DNA of 64,000 nucleotides, taken from contig CM120647.1 in the NCBI GenBank assembly GCA_051362555.1, forward strand, positions 8,990,001 through 9,054,000, given 5' to 3'. The translations under genes and the position numbers were made by a program. The stretch's first letter is position 1, and the number at the start of each line of letters is the position of its first letter. The notes beneath the pieces were generated by a model. That model was given only the letters and a program-made list of their open reading frames with translations. It made no database searches and was not told where the DNA came from. Source of the DNA: Lingula anatina (taxonomy: Eukaryota > Animalia > Brachiopoda). Positions 22,439 through 32,380 of the stretch are shown here, piece by piece.

Positions 22439-22665
22439 CTTAGTTTGAGCTACGAACTCGCACTGTTTGCAGCGGTATAGTTTGGGGCGATTCTGCACTG
22501 TGCGCAGCATGCGATTTCCTGAGTAGTTGTCAGGAGGTACGGAGCTATGAAAATCCTTGATGTGGCGTTTTAACCGCCCTTCTGTGCGGCTCGTGTAATC
22601 GCAGTGTGGACACTGGTGTTCAAAATGACTGTTCATGTGAGCGTTAAAGTGGAATCGTGATGTAC
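22439..22665 (-). CDS. hb: hunchback coding exon 2 (end of NF1, NF2, first half of MF1)
   Basis: ttcttttcag|GTACATCA...ACTAAG|gtaaaa; 227 nt, phase-compatible with exons 1 and 3. Encodes GTSRFHFNAHMNSHFEHQCPHCDYTSRTEGRLKRHIKDFH...LYRCKQCEFVAQTK. Confidence 0.95.
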
Positions 22666-23059
22666 CTGAAAAGAAGAATACAGACATCTTGAAAGAGCTT
22701 CTGTAATGAACAAAGTAGTAATTTTTTCTTAAGTCAATAGCTAGTAATGAAGTTGTTTACGTTTGATATTTCGTAGCCTATGATGCTCTAGATGGATAAG
22801 CGTACTATTGGAGGTAAACAACAGTTTCAATACTTTAAAAAAATTGCTGCTATTATTATTACTACATAAAAAACAGACACATATTCAGGTTAGAAAAAGC
22901 TATGCAGGTTATAAAGACCTGGTCATGGTAGCTTTGGTAATTATAGATAATAATAACGAGCATGGTTTTGAACTGGGTCAATAAGAGCAACCCACTGAAC
23001 CAGATAATCTAAGGCACTTTTTATATGGTGCCTTACATGTGTTGGTATCAAATCACTTA

Positions 23060-23268
23060 GGGCCATTGAAACTATCAATCTATGTACATCAACCCAACTC
23101 TGTGTGGACTCTAGCTGAATGCAATCAGTTTAACAGATTTCTGTGTCCCAACCTACTTTTCTGTATTCGAGGGTGCATCTTTATCTGTTAAACCGCTTGC
23201 ATTCAACGAGAGTCCCTACAGAGTTGAACAGATCTACGTAGACCGATAGTTTCAATGTGAATGAGCCC
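23060..23268. mobile_element. foldback MITE with ~75-bp imperfect inverted arms in hb intron 1
   Basis: cattgaaactatc...tttaacagat (23064-23138) matches the reverse complement of atctgttaaa...gatagtttcaatg (23183-23257). Confidence 0.7.
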
Positions 23269-23405
23269 TCAGACTGGTCTTAAGAAGTATAGTTTCAAAT
23301 TTGGGGTGGGTGGAGTGGGGGGTTTCCATCCCTTTCACATGTTTGCTTTCAACTGGAGGACCCTTCAAAGTTGATGTGTTTTACTGGTCATCTTTAACAC
23401 CCCTG

Positions 23406-23666
23406 GGCCCAGTTTTATAAAGGACGTTTAGCACTAACCAGTGTTTAACTCCAACCAGACCTAAACAGTCTTTTAGTTAACTGACCTTTAAATAATTATT
23501 TAATCCAGTTAAACACTGGCCAGTTAATTAATTGGCTGTTTTCCTTCAGAAGACTGTATGTGAAACACAATTTAACCATCTTTTAGTTAATAGGTGTTAG
23601 GAGAATTTATCCACTGGTTAGGCTTATCCACTGTTTAGTGCTAAACGTCCTTTATAAAACTGGGCC
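23406..23666. mobile_element. PIF/Harbinger-like MITE with CTG target-site duplication in hb intron 1
   Basis: CTG|ggcccagttttataaaggacgtttagcactaa ... ttagtgctaaacgtcctttataaaactgggcc|CTG: perfect 32-bp TIR. Confidence 0.85.
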
Positions 23667-24861
23667 CTGGGCTCTGTTTAAGTGACTCTCTTATGCCAGG
23701 ATATTAAGTTGTAAATATCCATAAGTGTTTCAATACCGAAATGTGCAAAGCAGGATGTGAAAGGGGCCCAAGATGCCCAAGATGCAAAGTTCACAACCGT
23801 ACTATCCACTAGAACCCAGATAGCTACTAAATTCTGAAGAAATTGTGTCCAAAATTGTGGAGCACTTGTAATTCAATATTACATGAAATAAACTGATATT
23901 TCAAACAATTGAAATTAATAAGAAAAATGAGTACCAGTACACAAAAATAAATAAAGTAATTGAATATGCAGTATTATAAAAATCGGCCATTTTCAGAGAA
24001 AACTTATCATGTAGTTAGCACATGAGAATACTTATTTCATAAATGTAAAAGGATACTTACAGGAGAAAAACATTCTTTTCGTTTTGCTGACCAACTGAGC
24101 TTTAGGAACTAATTCCTCCAAAATACAAAATCTACCACTAGCCTTAGATCATTTCACCTTTTGTTCACTTTAGTCTCCAGGCTTCCATTTACAGACAGAC
24201 AGACAAAACCAGCATCTTGTCAGACATTTTCAAAACCATTTTTTGGTTTTGATTTCCGAGATCTAAGGGTGTTTTTTTAAAAGAGTTTATAATCATAGCG
24301 GCCCACATGTTTTGTTATTTCACAAAGCACCAGACTGGTAAAACAGGCGAGCTTGCAAATAAGAATTTGACAGACAGAAAATAATGTGTTGACAGTTTTA
24401 GTAGATGTTGTGTATCCAAAGGATGGTGCTAGTGTCAAAACCTGCGAATGGTCATGCACACACTTTAAATACAGGCGCATTTCCAAAAAACTTGACACAA
24501 CCTATCTCAAAAGTGGGTTTCTCTTTATATACAGGTGCAGTTCCAAAAAACTTGATTTGATCTATCTCAACAATAGCCTGCATCACAAATTAACTTAAGA
24601 CCCAAACCTGGTCATAAATTTTAGACCAAAATTTGTTCTACTTCCTACACTGTAGTTCACAATAATAAAGCAACCATTGGCCTTAAATGGTTATTGGTCT
24701 TAAATGGTCTTATTTTGTATTTTTTCTTTTCACTGTAGTAAAATGGGGATTATATTTCACTTAAATGGACTCCTGTTGATTTATTTTGGGTCAAAGCAGA
24801 CTTAAATTTCGGCATAAATGAAGAAATGTAAATTCATCTATCTGTGGAGAAGTTACAAAGG

Positions 24862-24960
24862 ACATGGTTTAACTTTGGATGAGGAGGTGACAAAGCTCGT
24901 CTTCTCTTTTTCTGCACTAGCCTTAGTAGCTACAAATATGGCAATGATAAACAAAACCAC
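24862..24960 (-). repeat. degenerate tandem copy of hb exon 1 donor junction
   Basis: ccttagtagctacaaatatggcaatgataaacaaaaccac (24921-24960) versus cctgagtagctgcaaagatggcaatgataaacaaaaccat (25039-25078). The adjacent intronic sequence is also duplicated. Confidence 0.85.
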
Positions 24961-25039
24961 TAACAAATGGCATGGTTTAACATAGTAAACATTGGATAAA
25001 GAGCTGACAAAGCCCATTTCATCTTTTTCTTTAACTCAC

Positions 25040-26303
25040 CTGAGTAGCTGCAAAGATGGCAATGATAAACAAAACCATCGTTAGAACCATGGTCCCCTGC
25101 ATCACCGGGCATTATGGGAGTATACTGCGACACATAACCCTCGTTGTCCGACAGGTCATCGCTGGCAATGGAGGCATTAGAACGATTAAAATCACCACTT
25201 GATTGGTTCATGTCAATCACAAGTTGTCCATCGCTTTTCGATGGGCTTGGTACCATGCCTGAATGAAGGCTGTGGTCGGGACTTTGGAACTGGCTTGTAC
25301 TGGGACTAACAACACCCCCTGGTGTCAGAGGCTGCTGTGGTGCAGCAGCAGCTTCCTGGACACTGGTGTTTGACAATGGCGGTGATAGGTCATGAACTTG
25401 ACCCTGTCCCTGACCTTGAGGTAGAGTTTGGTTGTCTTGTGGCATTTCTTTGTCTTGCAATGGCTGTTGGTCTACAACAGTTGATGTCGTAGGACTTATA
25501 GTTGTTTCGTCTTTGGTTTCAGCAACACTTTGGCTGAGAGAAGGGGAAGCTGGAGCCTCGGCTGTTTCAGGATTCTTGACTGGACTCTCTCCAATTGGTC
25601 CACCAGAGTCACCTGCAATTTGTGGCGGTGTTACGAGCTGGCTTGCGAAAGCAGCATGATCACGATATCTATGACTGGCCAATTGACTTTCTACGATTTG
25701 ACTTATGAGGTCCTCTTTGGCTTTTTCATCAGGCAGAGCTTCTTCCGGGACATCAAACTGTTTCAAATCAGAAGGCTCAGGCTGCTTAGGAGGTCTGAGC
25801 TGTAAATCACTTAAAGATGGCTGCTGACCTGGTGACAATGGAATCTGTCCTTCTGGAATTGCTGTCGAGCCCAGAGGGGGTGACAGCAAGTGTGGCACCA
25901 GCCTTGGTAACTGAGTCGGCGAAGGTTGTTGGTGATGTAACGGGGGCTGCGTATGTGGCGGAGAGAGACTTGAGCGTGCTAGCTTACTTTCGATCAACTC
26001 CCTGCTGGCATAAACAGGTTGATCCCGTAAGATCTGACTGGCTGTTAACTTAGCATCAATTGGAAACTGGGCTTCTCCGTTTACTTCGCCTAGATTACGA
26101 TGTGCTGTCGTCTGCTGTATGTGTTGGCTTTCCAATCCTCCTGCTGTTTGATTGGTCAAATCTCTGCGAATGTGATTGGTTAAAAGCTGCTTTATCGAAC
26201 TGGCCTCATTGTAGCCATTCTGCTGCGTCGCTGTTTGCGGATGTCCCAGATTATTGTCAATGTAGTGCGATGTTGATTCGGGATTGGCTGTTGCTACGGA
26301 CAT
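25040..26303 (-). CDS. hb: hunchback coding exon 1 (Gln/Pro/Ser-rich N-terminus; first half of N-terminal zinc finger 1)
   Basis: Long ORF MSVATANPES...GFVYHCHLCSYS. Acceptor tttttttcatctttccag ends at 26353 (exon edge 26352). First in-frame ATG is at 26303. Donor TCAG|gtgagt after 25040, phase 1. The start is uncertain because the frame stays open back to the acceptor. Confidence 0.9.
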
Positions 26304-28143
26304 CACTGGTGGCGGGAAGATTGCCCAACGAGCCTCCAGTAGAGCATCCCTCCTGGAAAGATGAAAAAAAGAGACATGAATATAAAATACATATAATTTG
26401 TGTAAAAAGATCAAGTTTGTTTTATATGTGCTGGCTTATGGACTCCATGTGCCATACATCTGAAAACAGTGAGCATGAATGTGTGTACATGTGTAATTTG
26501 TCTGTAAGTCTGACTGAAAAATGTCTCAATTCTCCTTACACAAAATTTAAAAAAATTTTTTGGATGTATACAGCAAACAATAATTCACATGTCTTATCAT
26601 TAAAAAAAAGAATGTTCATAAAACCCTAGCAAAGTCATGCTTCCAAAGCAATTCATTCCTGGTCTCAATCTAAACATCATAAATTTTCAGTTTAATTTCA
26701 ATTCTACTCTAATATCACTTCAAATTGGAAACTTCAGCAACAGGAACTCAGCCACTCTTATTCTTTTTTTTACTAATAAAGTCATGTATTTGAAAAACAG
26801 TCTCAACTTACTATTAAGAATATTTTTGAATCATTCCCATAATCTACAAAACTTTTATCATCTACACATGCACACGGTTGTATACTATAACTGTAAAATA
26901 AAAATTACCATTGTAGCTATATCTCCTCGTTGAATTGGACTGTGTGTTTGATCAAAGGAAAAAAAATTAATGCTCCTCACAAAGATAACAACACATACCT
27001 GTACCATTATATTATCATTCACTCTTTGCAAGATAAAATAAATTATAAGTAAGTATATAGCGTTAGTGCTACCAGATGCTACCTGCATAAAAAATAAAAT
27101 TATCAAGAAATATTGATCACTGCAATTTTTGTCCATAAAATATAGCCCCTTCGTTCAGCTGATGAAGGAAATGTCAATGGCAAAGGTTCTAGCCAACTAT
27201 GATTAATATATTTTACTGTGCCCGCATGTTGTTGCAATGTATATTTTAATTACTGCCTGCATATTTTTATTTTTTGCAAGGCAAACCAATTGATGTCATT
27301 TCTCAGCCTAGGACAGAAAAAGATATTCTATCTATCTACCTAAATATATACATACATGCATACTTGTTCATCTGCTTATCCATTTCTCAATTTTTGGGTA
27401 AAAAATTATTTTTCAAAATGATTTAAAAGGTGACCCTATACATAAAAATGTACTTGGGCCAGTCTCCTAAAAGAACTTATACCAATAAATTTGAGACCAA
27501 AAAATAAAATTTTATGAAATAAAATTTAAAAAAATAATAATAATAATAATATTAGGACAAACATTTGGTCGTACTCAGTTCAACTTATTTGGACTACTGC
27601 TTATTTAGCTTGGGTAAAAGTTATAATAGCATTTGGTTCATTTTTTTGGGTTAAAGGTTTTGTATGAATCGGCTCCTTTATTCCTATGTTCAAAAAACTC
27701 ACTTAGAATTTTTTTTCACAACAGAAAGTGGAAATCTAACATTGCAAATGCACAACAGGTGACTTTTGCTTTCCTTGGCATGCTTCTCTTTCAGTTTTAT
27801 TTCCAAGGGTAAAAAAAAAAAAAAAGAAAAAAAGAAAAAAAAAGATTCACTTGAGAAATACTTCATGTAGATAGCGTGTCCACTTTAAATTTGTTAGAGA
27901 TACATCTGTGTGGTTTACACACTCTTTGGGTGCATTCCTACTGGACTTGGAATGGAACAGTTCAGACATATTTACACTGCCCTATCCCCCTTATCTCAAA
28001 TGCTACCAAATTGAAGTCCATCTTGTAAAACTGCTAAATTTGTTCCGTTACTAGCTTTTGAATAGCATATGCTCAGACCATGGAAGACAGGAAAGGGCAG
28101 TAGGTTTGTAAGATGTTGGTGCAGACAATTTAATTTCATTTAA

Positions 28144-28480
28144 AGGGATAATAACTCTTTGTATGAGATCTATATTTCACAATAAAAACATTGTGAATAA
28201 CTCATAGAAATATAATATATTCTGTTTTACCACAAAAACAGCAGTTAGAGCTATTATTCTGATATCTGAGCTTGTCTTTAGACCACGTGACCTCCATTAA
28301 TGGCTATACTCTCTTAAAATCTCTTAAGAGATTTTAACAAAAAACCAAACTTTTTAGAAAAAAACCAGGGACTAACTTTGAATGTAAAAATGGATTCATT
28401 ACCCATTGGTTAGTATGGGAAAATTGTTGTTTACTCCAGGAAAATTCATTTTTTGGCTGAAATGAAGAGTTATTATCCCT
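28144..28480. mobile_element. non-autonomous TIR element with TTAA target sites (Kolobok-like), same family as 3455-4071
   Basis: ttaa|agggataataactctt ... aagagttattatccct|ttaa: perfect 16-bp TIR, AG...CT termini. Confidence 0.75.
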
Positions 28481-29644
28481 TTAATCTATATCTTTACAAC
28501 AACCTTGCTAAAGCTGTCTGCCTTACCAATCATGGTCGGTAAAATTTTTATTCCAACAATTTCAAGAACTGCTACTTTGAATTTAGGGTCTTTTACAATG
28601 GTCGATGACAGTTAGAAATTTCAAGCCGCGCAGAAAAATAAGTCTTAAAAAGAAATATAATGAATAAAAAGGAAACCCAGCATACATAAATTTGGAACAA
28701 TTCTCACCTCATTATTTTCCAATGACAAAAACTAAGAGAAATACTGATGTCAATCTCCTCTTAAAAAGGGCAACATTAATTTCAGATAATTATCTACAAA
28801 AAAAAAAGTCGTTTTTAACGAGCAACCTTGCTACCTTAATTACTACTACAAATCTGAAATCTAGATCAAAGACATCTTCTAATGACCCATTTACTCAGAT
28901 TCATTATATAAATGATCTCCTGTTTACTATATGAGTCTTCCTTGTCTGAAAAGTTTATACGGATATTTCGCCAATTAAACCAAACTTTACAGGATTTATC
29001 AATCTCATCAGATAGAAGTCAAGAAGGACATTATTTCCAAGTACACCTTGAATTTTACAGAGAAAAAATGACCTCCATAATATTTTGCAAATTATAGAGA
29101 CCAAAAAAAAAAAAACATGAATAATGAATGAAAGAATAAATGCATGATTAAATAAATGAATAAATATTCAAGGAGCAACCACCTCTTTCAATTTTAATGC
29201 AAGCAGCAAAACCTTTCTTTTTTTTTTCAGATCAGCCATAGTAACAAGTCTGTCCATTTTTTCTCATTTTTTGTATTAAATCAAGAAAAACTGTCAGTGT
29301 CCTCCTATATTGGAAAAAAAAGACAACCAATAAGTGCATGCGAACTCATGATATTTGCACAATGAGCCGAAAACCCTTGTGGCACAATATTTCTACCTTA
29401 AAAAAAAGAAGCGCTTTCACGACCCTGGGTTGAATCAGCAGATCCAAACCCTGTGTGTAAATGTGGCCACGTAGAAAAACACCACATGGTGTCATAGCAT
29501 GAAGTCATGCATGATTTTTATGAGTTAATCATCAACAAGCAATCATCAGATGTAAGGGGCAATATAATATGATGGACTGTGTTGTGAGACAAGAGCTCAT
29601 CTGGACTGGAGATAGGCAGGTGCAATCGAAATGATTTTACAACA

Positions 29645-29823
29645 CAGGCCTGTAGCCAGCAATTTCAAGAGGGGGGTTCTTTAAAAAAAAAAAAAAAAAA
29701 AAGTGGACCTTTTGCCATGAAACCTTTTGCCTAGATAAAATTTAACCCAAAGGGACCTTATCCCATCAAAAAGGAGGGGGGTGGGGAGGGTTAAAAAACC
29801 CCTAACCCCCTGCTATGAGCCTG
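29645..29823. mobile_element. degenerate MITE with G/C-run subterminal arms
   Basis: caggcctgtagc...aggggggttc versus aaccccctgctatgagcctg. Confidence 0.4.
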
Positions 29824-29979
29824 TAACAATGGATTTCCTTCAGTCGATAGCACAGGTTTTTGGTGGCATTCAGTCTAGCCCTAGTGTACCTATCTAAAAT
29901 CTATCTATGATCTTGTTTTACATGCTGCCAATAATATAATTATGGCCTATCCCTTGCACTCCATCTATCTCTATCTATC

Positions 29980-30453
29980 ACCCCATTTCCATAGATTAGA
30001 TCGACCTACTTTAGATCGACCTAACTCCCTGGGGGTTCACGCTAAATAGCTGTCAGCTGGGCAGACACAAAAGTTAATTATCCCCTTACAGCTTGTAGTA
30101 GGCGGGACGGACATTTAAGTCGGATTATCTGAAAGTAATCTAGTGAGACTCCCCGCGGGGATAGATCGATCTAAAATCTATGGGAACAGAGCCTATGACT
30201 AGGTTCCCATACCTAGATCAATCCAACAGGATCGATCTATCTTCAGGGGTATTCTCGCTAAATTGCTTTCAGCTTAAGCAGCTTAGATGTCTGCTACGCC
30301 TACTGAAGCTGCTAAAGGATAATTAATTAATCCCCAGCGGCTTCAGTAGGCATGACAGACATCAAAACTGCTTATTTGATGGCAATTTAGTGAGAATCCC
30401 CTTTGGAGATAGATCGATCCACAGTTAATAAGATAGGGTCTGGGAATGGTTCC
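29980..30453. mobile_element. second A+B pair of the same palindromic MITE family
   Basis: Shares gatcgacctaactccctgggggttcacgctaaat and tagtgagactcccc...aaaatctatggga with A1. It is followed by ttcccatacct...tgggaatggt, like B1. Confidence 0.75.
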
Positions 30454-32069
30454 CGTGCTCTCCCCCCCCCCTCTCCCACCTTCCTCACAATCATGTCTCA
30501 GTCTCCCCACCCCAACCAATTCCCATAAGTCCTCTTAATATCCTGTAAACCTTTAGCAAAAAATCAAATTTCAAAAAAATTAATATTGGAAAGATTAAAG
30601 AGAAACAACTGGGCTATTGAGCCATGCATCAATATTTGCTCTTCATAATCACTTTCTTATCTCTCTTTTTTTTTCATTTGTACTGCCAACTGAGAAAATG
30701 CTTTGAGCAAGTAAGCTTTGACCTAAGGTGATAATGACAACAAGGCCCTATACTATATTTAGAACATATACACATTCAGACATAAGTAATAATTCTTTTT
30801 TTTTTACATTTTTTACTAGAATTCAAACTAAAACAGTCGACTTGCAATCTTTTGGGGTTTTATGGGGAGTGAAAGAACAGAGACGAAAATAATACACATT
30901 CACACAAACATACGCATAAACATCCTCTTGTTAATGTTTATAAACATGTACTTATACCTTAAGTATGAACAAATATATTTTAATTTGTGAATTATTTGTG
31001 GTTATGTATAACCATTTTTTAAAAACGCAGGGTAGAACATTAAGACACCTTTCTCTAAATCCCCCTCCCCCCATACTTGGGAACAAACACCCCTCCGAAC
31101 TTGAAACATAAACAATAAGCCTTTTTTTTAAAAAAAAACACAGCACCTAAGTTCATAAAACATTTTTAAACAGGTCTTTTCATGAGCACACAGGCTTTAT
31201 AGCAAAAGGTAGCGTAACACCATCCACTTCAATTCAGCACACGACCCATTCTAAACCCTAAGGTAATGATTTCAACTCCTATAGTTAATAGAACAATTAA
31301 TTTACACTAAGCACAATAAGACCTCTTAAACTGGGCTATCTGCTTGATCGACATCTCTTCTGTCACAACCCTCTACTCCTCCTCCTATACCAATTGTCTT
31401 CAAAATATATCTGCTTTGGCATTATATAATTTGCAAGTTATCATCAAAATCTCAATACTATTTCTAGTATGTATAGTGTATTAATTCATACCTTGGGTAA
31501 TAAATTAAAATTCACTGCATGTTTCTTGAAGTTTTTTATGGTTGAAGACATTGCCTACCATTTTTGCAAAAATCGGATCTGAATCTGGCTGGACATTTTG
31601 CCTTATCCTTACTTGAGAAAAAAAAACCCATCAGAATGGAATTAGAGTGAAACAAAAACATCACTAAGTTGTAAAAAGAGCTGTTGGGTATTAACTTTCA
31701 AATCCAATGCACTGTCCTCACGTTTTAAAGGGGCTGAGAATTTACCTGGGCAACCAGTCGTTTGCTATCATATCAAATCAATGAACTGCGTCGTGGCCGT
31801 AGCTCCCTTACATTACCACCTCTATCAGCAGCAAGCTACGTTGCTAAATGAACTTTTTTATCAAGTGTTTGCTCGTTTATAACACTGAAGGTCAAATACA
31901 CACACATACAGGTGACCGCGGGCGGTGTTAAACAGGGAGCATTTTTACACCAGTTAGAAATCAGATAAGAAGCACTGTGTCAATAGATAACGATTTATTT
32001 TCAGCCACAGGTCAGGCCGCAGGCAAAGGAATGACCAAGGGCCTGTTTAACAAAAGAACTGGAGGTAAA

Positions 32070-32380
32070 AAAATTGATGTTAAATTTTAGACCCAATATC
32101 TGACCTACATGAGGGGGTGGAGATCGTAGGGTACTTTTGCAAGGTGCTTTGACCCAAAAATTGACCTAACTTTTGGACCCAATATTAAGACTTTTTTTTT
32201 TTTTTTTTTTTTGGGGGGGGGGGGTTGTTTCACACACGCATACACAAAAAGACAAATAATCCCCAAAATTGGTGTTAACTTTTAGACCCAACATTTGATC
32301 TACATGAGGGGGTGGGGATAAGGTGGTGTTTTTTCAAAGAACTTTGACCCAAACATTGACCTTAACTTTTAGACCTAAAA
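32070..32380. repeat. local direct duplication (~110-bp unit, 2 diverged copies separated by a T/G run)
   Basis: ttttagacccaa...tacatgagggggtgg...ctttgacccaaa at ~32070-32180 and ~32265-32380. Confidence 0.7.

Noticed and set aside
25432-26629. Plus-strand ORFs antisense to hb exon 1
   Set aside because: Same shadow-ORF effect; the translations look random.
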